Shown here: piece after piece, positions 38,294 through 52,847 of the stretch
Layout: the number at the start of each line of letters is the position of its first letter
Numbering within the stretch: position 1 is the first letter of the stretch
NCBI RefSeq assembly: GCF_006345805.1
Contig: NC_043002.1
Location: forward strand, 52,948,001 to 53,012,000
Origin: Octopus sinensis
Taxonomy: Eukaryota
DNA: 64,000 nt
Reading direction: 5' to 3'
The notes under the pieces: generated by a model
Database searches by the model: none
The model's input: only the letters and a program-made list of their open reading frames with translations
Told to the model about the DNA's origin: nothing
Position numbers and translations under genes: made by a program

Positions 38294-40304
38294 GCAGGCC
38301 GATTAACCATTCAGGATCTCCATCCATTGGCTTGCTAAAAATATAAGTAATCATTAGTGTTAAGCACCTAACCACAATGTGCATAGGATACTGTGGTCAG
38401 TATTCTAACAGCTTAAACTCACAGCTATTCTACATCATATACCATTTGATTAACATGGAATAGTTAAACAATACAAGAAGGAAACTGCTTCTATAATACT
38501 TATTTTCCTCCTTTCAACTCACATCTGTAATTTAAGATTAAAACAATCTCCATCTCTGATTCTATTGAGTTTGATGGGTAATTTTTTATTTCCTGAAACA
38601 AAATATTTAGTCTGCTGTCAGGACTAATAAAATTCCACTTTTTATTGTTTTCTTCAGTTCTTCCAATGTAAAAGGTTTTTTGAAGAAAAGTCAAGAACTA
38701 CCAGTTTACCCAACAGTCTAAAATACACATGCAACAAGATATCTTTCAATATGTTTGATGAACCAGGTTAATGAGTGCAGAACTCATGAAATGACTTCCA
38801 CTAAAGACTTTGAATCTTCAAGTGAAATACACTAAACGTACTGATGTTTCAAACTCTGATGTTTTTCATACAGAAAGTTGCTGCTACAACAGCTGTTGCT
38901 ACTGATGATGTGAATGAGGACTGAGGTGATGACAGAAAAAAGGGTTAGAGAATTAATAACTCCATCAATAAACAAGAGAGGTGGTGGCAATTATGAAAGA
39001 GAAGATCAGTAATGGAGGCAAAAGAAAAAGATGGTTGTTATCATCATTATTAAAACTGAAAGGATGAAAAACATCCTAGTGATTTTCATGGCACTGACAA
39101 AAGTGGCAATGACAAAAAAAAAAAATATAATAATAATGACAATTAATGATAAACGATAATGAGGATGATGATTTCACGATGCAGATTATAAAGTTATCGA
39201 AATTTTATTACTGAGCTTTTGTAGCTTCAGAAAATTGAAAGGGAGAAAAAAAAAAACATAATACTTTTAAAAAGGCAAATCATATCAAATAGTCACAGAG
39301 AAGTATAAAATTAAACAGTAAATAATTGAACAATTTCTAAATATGAAAATATTTTTTAAAAATTTATTCTGAAGATATTGTGAATGGCAACGGATTAAAG
39401 ATTTATTCAGTTTGAAACTAACATCAAAAAGCTTTTAAAATAAGATGTTTTATGGAAGTAACTTTCATATTAAAGAGGCAAATTTTTTCTTTTAAATAAA
39501 AGTTCTGTCACTCATACTAAAAACAAGGAAAAAATGGTAATAATAAAAAGAGAATATTATCACTATTTCTCATTTAAAATGCAGTTTTAGTGTACTAAAA
39601 CTCTATATTCTGTTGATAGAAACTTTTGAACACTTTAATTTATTTGTGTTTATGTATGTATGTGTGTGTGCATGTATATATATATATATATATATAAATG
39701 TATGAATGTATGAAGGAGACGATGGAAGACTGAGATATGTGGTGCATTGCTGTACTCAAGAAGACCTACCTACTGCAACAGAACTGATGGTGATACATAA
39801 GAAACACCACCGACTACAGTCTGTAAAGTGGTTGGCTATAGGAAGGGCATCCAGCTGTAGAAACCAAACCAAAACATACTATGGAACCTGGTGTGGCCTG
39901 TCAAGGCATCCAACTCATACTAGCATGGAAAATGGACATTAAATGATGATGATGAGGGTGTGTGTATGTGTGCGCATGCATGTGTGTGTAAAACGACTGT
40001 CACTAAAGACTAGGAGATTTTCGATTCACATGTCACTTTACTTGCAATAACATTAACATCAGTTAAATTCTCTTCAAGTAATTCTTCTCAGGTCTTTCAT
40101 GATGTCAAGAACTCATAAGGCTGGAGCTTAAGTTGGTTTCCATGGTACCTAAGTGACCGAGATAACAACACTACCCTACTGAAAAGGATGTCAGTTCATC
40201 ATAGAGTCAACTTCCAAGCTATTATTGAAACTCATTTACTCATTTTACATTGCTCCAGTCCACACAACACACTACCAATTTCAAGAATCAAAACTATGAC
40301 CTTA

Positions 40305-40522
40305 CAAGGGAGTGCTGAAAAGTTCCTGGATTTGGGTAAAAGAAAACACAAGAGGATCAGTTAATTATGATTTTAGTCAATATATTCCCCTCTCAAATTC
40401 ACACACTTATTGCAGCAGTCATTCAGTTTTTCTAAAGCCTGTAAAAGGACTCAGAAGTTTGGGCCCCCCAGCCAGGCTTTCTGTGATACCCATAAAGCTA
40501 GGACCCTTTCAACATTACCTCA
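40305..40522. mobile_element. Tc1/mariner-like MITE
   Basis: TA-flanked. TIR CAAGGGAGTGCTGAAAAGTTCC matches the right end at 15/22. Confidence 0.65.
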
Positions 40523-41229
40523 TACAATCATGAATGCATTCCCCTGACCATTAGGCCATGGACTTTCACCCTTCACAAGTTATTCTCCTACATTTCTGTA
40601 AATATAAAAGAAGTGTAAAATGTAGTTAGGTCTGATATTTTCCGCTGACTGAATATGAAGAGGATATTACATGTATGAAGAGTCAAGAATTTTGACCAAG
40701 CATAACCAGGTTTGGAACCAGTGGCATCAAATTAAAAGGATAAATTTTTTTGATATTTGACCATTTCTTCAAGTCTTGCTGCACAAGAGAACATGTTTGC
40801 ATGCCTCAGTTTGCCATCATGATGTTTCCATGGTTGGGAGGCTTTCAGTGGAAGAGAAGCCACCTATAGAAATCAATTCACCTAACATAAAACATGCAAC
40901 AAAATATATGAACAATGTTATCTAACTACAAGCAAAATAAACATAAAATAGTATTGTGTTTTTTTGATGAGAACAAGCCACGAGGATGCTTTCGATACTT
41001 TAAAGAAACCTTCAAAAGACAATACTAATTTTGTTTCTGTTTAACAATAAAATATAACTTTTCAACCACAAGAATTAATAACAACGGAAACATAATTAGA
41101 GACTTCGAAATGCAAAAAAAAAAAAAAAGGTAAATAAAAAAAGCTGAATAGAGGACACCTTTTAAACAGATACCATCGGAGAGGAGAAAAGAAAGGAAAA
41201 CCAAAAACTACATGGTGCAGAACATTCCT

Positions 41230-41560
41230 TAGCATCATTTGCTATGATGTTCATGGTTATTTATGTAATGAACCCAGGGAGTTGAGAGGCTCTCAACAGC
41301 TGAAGAAAAGGGTACTCAGTTGATTTTGTATGGTTGGCATTCCACATTGAGGGGTAACAAGAAAGAATTGCAAAGTGGATTCTTCAAACTGAGCCAGCTT
41401 CCAGGAGACCTAAGAGTAGACCAAGAACAAGATGGGTGGATAATATCCATACTCCCAGTTGGTCATGTTGGGAAATCCAGCTGGTAGGTCTAATGATGGT
41501 TGCTTCTCATAAGACCCTACAGAGGAAGGGCTTGAGGACTTTATCCTCATGACCCTTCTT
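41230..41560 (+). mobile_element. RTE-like LINE 3' coding remnant
   Basis: PASRRPKSRPRTRWVDNI resembles the RTE C-terminal RxRGRPRxRWxD motif; disrupted by stops. Confidence 0.6.
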
Positions 41561-42641
41561 GTAGTAGTGAGCAGAGAGAATGTATGGATGGGTAGTCAGT
41601 TCTCAAAGATGACCTACATAGCTCCCAACTAAATACCAAAAACAACAGAAACTGATCTCAGCAAGATTTGTCATTAGAACAATGAGGTATCAAATCAGGA
41701 GAGAATGTAAAAGATTCTATGTATGGTACATTAGCATTTTTCTCAACTTGCTAGCTCAACCAACCATACATACATGTTTTTTTCTCTCCCTCATATACAA
41801 ACACAATTTCCTAACTAAAATATTTCATACACCTAGGTACAGTACGTCTAGTAGACAAGGGGCTAGCAGTTGACCAAACAGACCTGCTTCCAATTTCTGA
41901 AAAATTTCTTGTTCGTCACTAGCAACAGTAACCACTACACGTCTTTATAGCTATCCTCACATCCTAAAAGTCAGCATAACTTAAAGAATCAGTCAAGTTA
42001 CTACTTATCTTTCTCAATGTGTATGTGTATGACGTGTTTTAAAATTTCTATTAATTAGGATTCTTCTTAAAAAGGAGAGGGCTGGTTTCTAATAGAGAAA
42101 CAGAAACTCCAACTCTGGAATTTGGATAACCACAATGATAGCTGTTCCATTTTAAACATTCAAGAAAGCTCTGTACATGCATGTATGTGTATATGCATGC
42201 ATGTATGTGTATATAACATTAGTACATTGTGGTTACTGAAGGGGAATAATACTGAACATTGGAATGGAATAAAGTGGAATGATTTTATAAATCAAATGTT
42301 ATGTATCTAAGTTAGTTATGTTTAAAAATAGTGTAGCAAATGCAAAATCAATATAACCCTCCATAATATATAAGATTTTCAACGTGAACAATGGTGTATA
42401 ACTAATATCTGCATGTTGAAACATCACCACCATTCATAGCTACTGAGGAATAATGGTTTCTTTTCGAGTTTGAACTTCCAATTCGGCAGAATATTCACAG
42501 AATATTCTAAATGATCAGCTCAAAATCATATAAGCTTTCAAGACATTGTGAAAGTTACAATTAAGATTTTCAGTGACCACAAATAGTAAAGAAAACAACA
42601 CACACACACACATACACACAACATATATATATATATATAAA

Positions 42642-42944
42642 GGGTAAAGACCTCTTTTGGTCATGAATGACCATGGGATTGCACATAGAAAGTTCCCCTC
42701 CAAGGCACAAATCCTGGCAAGGTTGTTTATGGAAGACCAGCAGTCACCCATGCATACCAGCTTCCCCTCTCCATACCACCGATGTTATTCAAAGGAAAGG
42801 CAACGGCCAATACAGCTTGGCACCAGTGATGCTGCAACTTATTTCTACAGCTGAGTGAACTGGAACAACTTGAAATAAAGCGTCTTGCTCAAGAACACAA
42901 CACAGCCTGGTCTAGGAATTGAACTCACTATCTCGTGACTGTGA
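42642..42944 (-). mobile_element. Family B SINE
   Basis: Same signature; followed by a related SINE at ~42945-43230. Confidence 0.8.
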
Positions 42945-44634
42945 TATGTCTCACTATATTGACCAGGCTATCAAATGTTGTTATACACTGGTCATGATGC
43001 ACTTCCTTGCATGGCTGTAGCTTTCAAATAATGCCGTCCAGTTGGCCAGGTGGGTAGGCCAGCAATACCCCTGAACGGAATGCGAGTCTGTCAAGGGATC
43101 ATCCATTTAGGGCTGAGTGGATTGGAGCAACATGAATTCAAGTGTTTTGCTCAAAAACACAATGCACCACTAGTGTGGGTATTGAAACTGTGATTGCAAG
43201 ATTGTGAGGGCAACACTCTAACCATGTGACAATGTAGCTTCATACATACACACACATACATACACAGAAATAACCTCAATTATACAAAAGTACATGTCAG
43301 TTTCAAATTAATGCAAAGAATATAAATCAAGCAAAAAGTGATTGTAAAAAAAATACTTCATCATCATCATCATCATCATCATCGTCATTACCTGTTTCAG
43401 ATACTCGGATACATAAATATTAGTAACACATATACTTAAAGTGATTAGTACGACAGAATTTAAACTGATTGTAATCACTCTTATAGCCTGTTGTTATGGT
43501 GCTGTAAGTTAAAGTAAAGCCATGGCAACATGTTATACTATCTTTGACAAATGGCAGAATCAAATACAGTGGAAAAGCTGGTGGAAATGAAAGAAGGTGA
43601 TGGAGATGGAGAAGATGGTGGAAACAGATGATATAGGAGCTGATTAGTGGTGATATTACAGGCTCTGTGTAGAGCTGACTTAATAGTAGGATATATTTGC
43701 CCGTATATATATTATCAGGATTGCATTATTTTATTTCAGCAATCTCATTGATGGTTTGGTATTTCTCCTATATGTAGATTTAATATGGAACCATCAAAAA
43801 TTAAATAAACACAATCCTGCCCCAACTAATATGCATGCGAAGGAAGCACCTCAATTATAGTTAAATAGCTGCTTGTTAGAGCAAGAATCAATATAATCAC
43901 AAATATTACAGTGTTGGCACGGCAACAGCTTGTTCAGTCAATACACCTGCCAATTTAACAGGCACAACCAATTTCCTTGTGGAGGTCGTAATATTTTTGA
44001 TAATTTCATTTTTTTATTTTAAATATCAATTTTACATACTTAGTCTTTGGCTAATATTTTCTTTTGCTTCTTAAGTTGTATGAACCATACATGCAATACA
44101 AAGCTAGCAGTTGGCACTTGGAAAAGCACAATGTACAATGACCTGGAAATGTAACAAAGGTTAGCAAGAAAGAGAGACAGAGAGAGAAAAATGTATTTAC
44201 ACCATCAAAACTTGATTGGCTTGGAAAGTTTTGACTAGTTTATTATTAACTAACCCATGATGCTCACAATGATACTAGTAAACATTCCACATCAGAAGAC
44301 ATTAACTATTTATACTTAAAAACGAACAAAAAATACAAGAGCCATAGCTGGACTGTCTTTGATCATAGATATGAACAAACAAGGCTGACCTGCTTCTAAA
44401 CAACTATATGAGAGCTGGTAAAGTTTGCACATTCAAATATGATTTTTGGCGTTACTAATGGGTGCAAGTGTTGTCATGTTAGAAAGTTTGATTTGCAGTC
44501 AGGTCATTCCAGGTTTGAGCTTACTAAGAGGAAAAAACTTTAGAAAAGTATCTTCTACCATAATTGCCAGTTGACCGAAACCTTGTGAATGAAGTCAGGG
44601 AGACAGAAACTGTGAGGTAAACATTTTAATATAT

Positions 44635-45465
44635 CTTTTATCTTTTACTTGTTTCAGTCATTGGACTGTGGCCATGCTGGGGCACCACCTTGAAGGGTTT
44701 TAAGTCAAACAAATTGACCCCAGTATTTATGTTTTTAAGTCTTGGTTAAGTAAGGTATTAATTTATCTATGGATCCTTTTCATCCTTTTACTTGCTACAG
44801 TCATCAATCTGTGGCCATGCTGGGGCACCATCTTGAAGAGATTTTAGTCAAATAAACTGACCCTAGTACTTAACAGATTTTTAGCCTAGTCTCTTTTACT
44901 GAACTGCTAAGTTACGGGGGATACAAACAAACCAACATTAATAACCTAGTGGTGGAAGGGACATATACAGACACAAATGCATATATATATATACACACAC
45001 ACATTTTCCGTCTACCAAATCCACTCACAAGTTTTTGGTCAACCTGAGAATATAGTAGAAGACAGCTACCCAAGGTACCGCACAGTGCAACTGAACCCAA
45101 AACCATGTGCTGGAAAGCAAATTTCTTACCACACAGCCACACCTGGACATATTTTCACAAAAGATTAGTAGCAAAAGACACCGCTTGTTTGACAGTGACA
45201 CTCACAACTATCATACGATGTCAAGAACAGGAGACACCAACTCACAAACACACATGTGGATATACACGGTATATTTATATATATATATATATATATATAC
45301 ATATACAATGGGATTCTTGCAGTTCCCATCTTCCAAATCCACTCACAAGGCTTTGGTTGGCCTGAGGTTATAGAAGAAGACACTTGCTCAAAGTGCCATG
45401 CAGTGAGACTGAACCTGGAACCATGTGGTTGAGAAGCAAGCTTCTTAATCACACAGCCATGCCTA
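44635..45465 (-). mobile_element. Cluster of family A SINE pieces (two tails, two heads)
   Basis: CTTTTACTTGTTTCAGTCA tails at ~44640 and ~44785; CCAAATCCACTCACAAG heads at ~45015 and ~45335. Confidence 0.75.
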
Positions 45466-46039
45466 TGTCTTTATGTCAATTAATATTTAAGATAACGAGG
45501 AATTTAGTAAAATAACATTGCAATTATTAAGCTGGTATTTGGAACATAAATCGGCATGAAATTTTGAACAAAGGTTTTAGTTTATATCGCTTTAAAACAA
45601 GAAGTTTGTACCATAGAACAAAGACACCTTCTCAGGGAGGTCGGTATCAAAAGAGTTAAACCAAGATCTGACTGAAACCAAGGTCACATGCAAGAACACA
45701 AAGAGCCAGAATAAATACTACAAGGCATTTCATCTGCCGCTCAAATGATTCAGCCAATCCACTGACCTTTGTAAATAATAGTGCTGAGGATTTATAACAC
45801 TACTACTGGTTCTTTAAGCATCAGTTGCAACAGCAGTAGTAGTAGTAGTTGTTGTTGTTGTTGTTGTAGCAGCTGAAGGAAATATTATAATAGTTATTCT
45901 CTGGAGAGAAGACAGCTCAGTGGCAAAGGATAGACAAATAAACAGCCGAGAGCTTCATGATTATATAATGCTTATTTCTGAAGATATTAGCCAAACCGAA
46001 ATAACCACAATTATACAAGCCAACAGGACTTCTATGCAG

Positions 46040-46215
46040 TCACTTGATATGCTAGAAATTGCAGCCAAATCGCCCCCATATTGCTTAAAAAAGGAAAACA
46101 TTAGTTAATGTAGTTTTGGGTACCTTGTACATAGGGAAAAGATGGGATGGCCATTCCTGGAATATCCTTGATCATAAATCTGCTTGATCAAACTTATCAA
46201 GGCTACACAACAATA
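46040..46215 (+). repeat. Unclassified interspersed repeat, family E (representative copy)
   Basis: CTAGAAATAGCAGCCAAAT...GGATGG(T/C)CA(T/C)(A/G)GCTGGAAT...GATCA...CTAAACAAC signature recurs about 14 times; copies are listed in findings. Confidence 0.7.
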
Positions 46216-49200
46216 ATCATAGTTATACAAAAGAAGAGAACTTTGAGTGTGATTAAGGATGTAGTCAATCCACCATGACTTTGCCATATCCCTGGCAGGG
46301 TGGTAAATTATAATACATTTATCATTTTTCTATTACTTTGGCTGTTTACATTTATTTATATAAGCTTGTACAGGTGAGCTAATTTTTGTAGAAGCACTTA
46401 CCTTGACAGTGAGATACTCCCCCTACTATTTGAATCAACAAGTCTTGGCCATCCCTGCTCAGACCTGCCAGTGTTAGTTAGGCCACAAAGCCCAAAGTCA
46501 CCCATCTTAAACTTTCCCAAACCTGGTCAGTTAGTTTTGGATGACCATTTTTAACAAATTTAAACCCAATTTACTAGCGTCAGACTGACAAAAGTAAATA
46601 AAGATAGATATAGAGTTGTGGTTCACTGAAAAGAATGCTAAATTATTCTCAGGCCAGCTACATTAACAATTTACATATAGATACTGCACTGGAAAAATCT
46701 TTCGTATCTACATTTCTACACAAAGCAGTATAGATTTTGTAAGAATTTCCTTCTCTCTTTTCTTTTATTGCAAAGCTTGCATAAAAATGCAAAATTATAG
46801 AGTGAAATCAGTTTAGTGTGTAAGATTGACAACATAGATAATAGAAATAATTATGTATTTGCATGTATTTTAGAAGATTGTTGTCAGCTTTTAGAGTTGT
46901 TGAAAGAGATAAGGTTTTGAAATTTATTCAGTTGTTGAAGTGTATGGAAACATAACCTGAGCTAGTAATTGTGTGAAGATGTGGGCTGAGAAATGTCGAT
47001 GGAAGAAAAGAAACAGACATGTGCAATGTAGATAAACAATGATAATAGTATTAAATGACATAGGACGTCTTGAAAAGATAAAAAAAACAGAACTTGGCAT
47101 ATCGCTGAAACAAGTAAAGGAAATGATATATAAAAAAAAAAAAAAATTCCTAACAGAAAACTCATTCCAGTATTAAACCTCATTGTTTATGGCTAAACAG
47201 AATGTATTAAGAGAAAAGGTCTCAAATAAATAAGGTTTTTGAAATGTGTCTGAAACAAAAATAAGGCAAACTAAAATGAAAGTAGAAGACAACACACACA
47301 CACACATACACATGTGTGTGTATACGCATACATACATACATCTAGATAGATACATACACATACAGCACACATGTATGTATAATAGTGTAAATTTTAAATA
47401 ACATCTGTAGAGAGTAAGCAGAGAATTACTTTCAAAACTACAGAGGTTTCCATGAGTGTCAAAATCAAACTTCTACAAAGCAGCTTGCTTGCATTATTCT
47501 GATTGTCCTCAATCCTACCTGCCTGCTTCGAAAAAACTCTGATGAAATAGATTTAAATATATATATAAAGAAATAAAAGGAAAACAAAACTCAAATAAAG
47601 GAATCTTGCTTGCTTTGTTACATGAAACTATGCACACCATACTGAAATGGTAATAAGGTACAAAATGTCTCCTGACTTAACTATTTCGAGTCTCTAACTT
47701 ATGTATTATTCTTTTCTAAAACAAGTATTAAAAAATGGAAGAGTTGCTTCTAACAAAGGTTCCAGATCACAGATTTTGGAAGGAGGGAGTTGGTCATTTA
47801 AAACAACCATGAAAAATAAAAAGGCAAAGTTTACTACAACAGGATTTGAAACCAGAATGTCAAGAGCTGTAACTAAATACCACAGGCATTTTGTTTGATA
47901 CTTTAATGATTCTGCCAATCGACCACATTAGAATACTAATATTAAAGAAAAAAAATGAAAGAAGAAACAGATATTCTAAAATACTGATTGATGACTTTCT
48001 TTTTCTTTTTCAGTTTTTTTACTTTTGATTGGAGGAGTGATTCCTAATTAGACTGTTGGAGGAGTGGTTACTAATGAGACTAGAATCCAGTTAATGACCT
48101 TGAAACAGGTGAAGCAACAAACAGCTTTATTTCCCAAAAAACATTGCAGAGAGTAATTTGGCACCATGTCAAGGATGTGCATGAAGAAACTGAACTTTTA
48201 TAGCTGGTCAACAGATCTTCTACGGAGGAGGAACTTGGATAGCAACCAAGTGTGTGTTTGCATAGCATTTAGGCCTACCTGTAACTTTCCTACCCCTTTT
48301 CTGCTTCAAAAACAGTAAAAACTGATTCCAGTCACTGAATAGATTTTCCAGTATAATAGTTGTTCAGATCTGAGTAAAATAATAGTTGAAATGTAGTTAT
48401 TTCTAATCTTTATAAGATTAAGCAAAGCACCTTGGGCAAATGTCTTTTCTCAAGGCTGTAGGAATGAAATTTATCAAACAGAAATTGTATGGAATCGTAC
48501 ATGTGTGTGTGTGCGTGTGTGTGAATGAAATGTTGAAATCATTATCACCAAATTTAGCAAACATTCTAAACGTCCTTCAAATTGAGGCAAAATTTTGCAA
48601 TTGTGAAGTCTCTCATATACTAATGGAAAAGATAGAAAAAAATATATATAAAAAAAACTCAGTTTATTCACTTCCTTTAAAAATTGCAGAAGAGAAGAAA
48701 CCAGAAAAAAGCACTACATATTCTTTATGAAAACAGAGATGTTTAAAGAGATGTTATTGGATCAAAACAAAGAAGATTAATATTGAGAATTTCCACATTA
48801 AATGCATAGGTTGCTTCGGGGGCTTTTTGCTTTTTTTTTTATTTAACATTAAAAATAAAGACATCTCGAAAAAAAAACACAACTAAAACAGTAAATAAAT
48901 ATTTTTCTATCTTCATCGAGCCTTCAAGTATATTATTTCATAAAGGAATATTAAATCAAGTTCTAAGCATGACAACACTGACATCCTTGCTAAAGTGAAG
49001 ATGATTATAAAATATGTAATGATATTATTTCAGCTAATAGAAGAAACTAATCCCCTTTATGAAAACATAATTATGTCTCGTATATAAATTCATCTATCAT
49101 TTTTTCATGCAGCTACACATCAACTGAACTTTATGACCAACAAAAGAAGCCTTTACAAATGTATTGCAATGAGTGATCTGCTAGAAATAGCAGCCAAAAA

Positions 49201-52200
49201 TCACCTTCAAATTTACAAACTACTGTTTATGGTGGTGGTGGTGCTGGGGATTTTGGTAGATAATGTATTCATAGATACTACCTGTTCTGATATGCGGAAT
49301 TTAGAAATTAGACAGGATGGTCATACCCGAGATGTTTTTGATCATTGGGTATACTCAGTCAAGACTAAACAGGGGGATAAATAATAACTTTATAACAATG
49401 CCAATGTTTACATTTCAAATACCATGTTTTGCTGCATTTCTACATATCTCTGAGATTTCAGAATATTTTTTCTCTTGTGGCAAACTATTTCAAGTATAAT
49501 ATAGATAAGACTGATCGCATTTTAAAGATCTTTGCAACAGATTTCATTTTGTGGAAAAAAACCTATGTATATTAAATAACACATTCTGGAATAACCACAA
49601 TTTAAAGTTCTTTCAAAAATAAAAAACAAAAAAAAAACCATTCACAAAATGCAATTTAGCTATTTTTGTATTATCTTTTATTGATTTTTTTTTTGGCATG
49701 ATATTAAAATCTTATGTTTTAGAATAAATATGAGATTATTGGAACTCATGTGATACAACACCAAAACAGAATGAATAGAGTGAAAATAATCTGTTGCCAT
49801 CATCATAATAATATGGTCAGTTTTATACACGTCCCATAAGTTTCAATTTTTCTATGCTATTCTGACTCAAATGTGAACAAACAATGATTTCAAATTTTGG
49901 CACAGAGCCAGTAGGTTTTGAAGGGTGGGGCAAGTTGATTACATCCCTCTACCCCCAGTACTTGACTGGTACTTACTAAAATCCTAAAAGGATGAATTGT
50001 AAAGTCAACCTCAGAGAAATTTGAATTCAGAAATGTAAAGACAGATGAAAGGCCACTACGTAGGTTTTCCAGTATGTGAATTGTTCTGCCAGCTTACCAC
50101 CTTGAAATATGAGCATATAATAGCACACAAAAAATTCAAATATACAGGGCATGTACCAGGCTTAAAAATAAGTACTCGGGGTGCGTTGATCAACTGAACC
50201 CCTCAAGGCGGTCTCCAAGCATGGCCACAGTTTGATGACTAAAACAAGAAAATGATAGAAAGACAAGACAATGGTACCAAAGTCAGAGCTACTCTCTACA
50301 CTTGTAGTAAGAAGCATACAAACAGATTGAGCAATCTATTTCATTAGGATGACCTTTTCAAAATTTAGAGCAGTTGATCAAAGTGTTTTCTCAATATGGA
50401 AAATTATGACTTCTTCTGGGTCACATAAAAACTGGCTAAAATAATAACATTTTTTATGAATACTTATGCATAGGTCATCACTTTCAAAGTTGGCAACAAC
50501 ATAAAGGAATACACACTCTATGACTAGAGAAAATTCATAACTGCTTTCGTTTTATCACAAATCACTTTTTATTTTACTACGAAAATCTGTGAATTTCACC
50601 GTGTTTGTTCATGTGTGTTTGTGAACATGTGTGGTAGATTTCTTGTGTTTGGCTGTGCTTATACCTAACAGGCAGTATTCAGTGTCACTTGTGTGTGTGT
50701 GTGTATTGAAGTTGAATGATTTATTGACTGTTGCATTAGTGTGTATGTGTGTGTATACACAACAAAGTTGAACAGTATATTGATTGCAATATGTGAGTAT
50801 AAAACAAAGTTGGACAATATATTGATTTTATACATATATAAAACAATCGATAGATTGTCCAACTTTAGTACAGGCAGGAGCAATATTTCTGGCTAAGAAT
50901 TTATAGAAGTATAACAGCTTATATAAATTACCCTCCTAGAATTAACTTCTCTAATTACTTATTTATTGTTATTATTACTATTATTTTTATTTCAGCAATC
51001 ACCAGTGAAGATATCTTATCTCAAGGCAAATATACTTTTCACTTTACTGATTATGTTATCATCACATTTCATCCAATCATAGATAATAATACTACTTTAA
51101 AGATTGTACAAGAACCCCTTCAGGTTATGTTTAGATTATTTCACACTTCTCAAATGTTTTGTCCGAAAAATCAAAGAACTTTGTCACCTTATCTCTACAC
51201 CAGACATCGAGTAGGAGAGATCTTTTGGCATCAGCATGCTTGTAAATTGAAACAAGTGATAGATTTGACAAAAAGGAAAAAAAAAAAAATGAAGGCGGAG
51301 GAAAGAATAATACACATAATTAAATTTGCAAAAAATTTACAAGAAACATTATCAAACATCACTCCAGTCAGCATTGCACTGAAAAGAGGAAGCGCATTGA
51401 ATATTAGAAATATTCATTGGTTCATATAAGGAGGCCATTGTTATGGAAAAGAAACATGATTTGTTTGTTTGTTTTCTTGTTCTTTTTATTATCATTGAAT
51501 ATTTATCAAGATGTGTATTAAGGAAAAAGTATTCTACATTTCCATTCATTCAATCATTCTCATGGGGGTAGACTCAATCTTGATTTCGTGAACTGAGAAG
51601 CTATTTGTCAATTTTTAATTAGTTCAATACTCCATAACCAAGTTTTTTCTCTCTCACTCACTATCTATCTCCCTCTCGCTCCCCCCACCACCACCTGCCA
51701 ATACAGTTAGTCTGCTGCCAATTAAGTAGTGCAGCAAATGTTATTCTAACACATTGCATAGGGAACAGCATAGTATGAGTGACAGAGTCAAAACAGATTT
51801 CAGGAACGAGAAGAAAAAAACAAATCACAAATAATTAATACAAGGTAATTAATTTTACGCTGCAGGAAGGAACAGAGAGTTCAATGTTTCAGGCAGTGGT
51901 TTTATATAAAGAACAAAACAAAACAAAACAAAAAATTAAACAAAGAGAAAGTTCCATGGAAGTAATGTCATAGTGTTTTTCATGGAGAAAGAATGAAGCA
52001 GACGCTATGGCCCAACTCTTCTGTTTTATTGCAAGATTCTCAGAACTCTCTTTGCATTTTTCTTGAAGAATATATACTGTATATCTACTGGTTTCACATT
52101 AGGTACATCACATACTTGCATGGCATAAAAACCTACTGAAAAGATTGGCAACAAGAAGGGCATCCAGTCCTTGCCTCAGAAAAAGCATCCAACACTAACC

Positions 52201-52625
52201 AACATTAAAAAAAAAGAGAGATGCATAATGATGATGACAAAGATGATGGCATCAGACCATTATTTAAGTTTTCTGCTGTTTGTTTCTAAACTGTTTTTTG
52301 TATACATTATGTACTGACTTATGTTACTAGTATAGAGGCCAGTAACACATCAATATGGCCAGACTGACTTCTCTAGTTCTGATAAGAATGTAGGTCATTA
52401 ACAACAAAGAATATTTAATAGTATTTTCCTGTAAGTCAATACACAGAGTGAAATGTACTTCAACAAATTTTGATCAAATACACAAATTTATGCAACCCAA
52501 TTGCAATATTGCTGTTATTGTTTAGCTCCATGCCAGCCCTGGTTAAGTAGACCTAATATCAAAAAAGTACCTGCTTTGGCCATTTCATCATCTTGTATAC
52601 TCAGGACTATACATATCCAATATAG

Positions 52626-52847
52626 GTGAGCTGGCAGAAATGTTAGCACGCCGGGCGAAATGCATAGCCGTATTTCATCTGTCGTTACGTTCTGAGTTCA
52701 AATTCCGCTGAGGTCGACTTTTCATCCTTTCGGGGTCGATAAATTAAGTACCAGTTGCGCACTGGGGTCGATGTAATCGACTTAATCCCTTTGTCTGTCC
52801 TTGTTTGTCCCCTCTGTGTTTAGCCCCTTGTGGGTAGTAAAGAAATA
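52626..52847 (+). mobile_element. Young family C SINE with perfect 18-bp TSD
   Basis: TATACATATCCAATATAG at 52608-52625 and 52848-52865. CpG-rich. Interrupts a minus-strand family E copy. Confidence 0.92.

Noticed and set aside
6234-42944. All five family B SINEs in the same orientation
   Set aside because: n=5 gives p of about 0.06, and a related head at ~60630 is in the opposite orientation; too weak.
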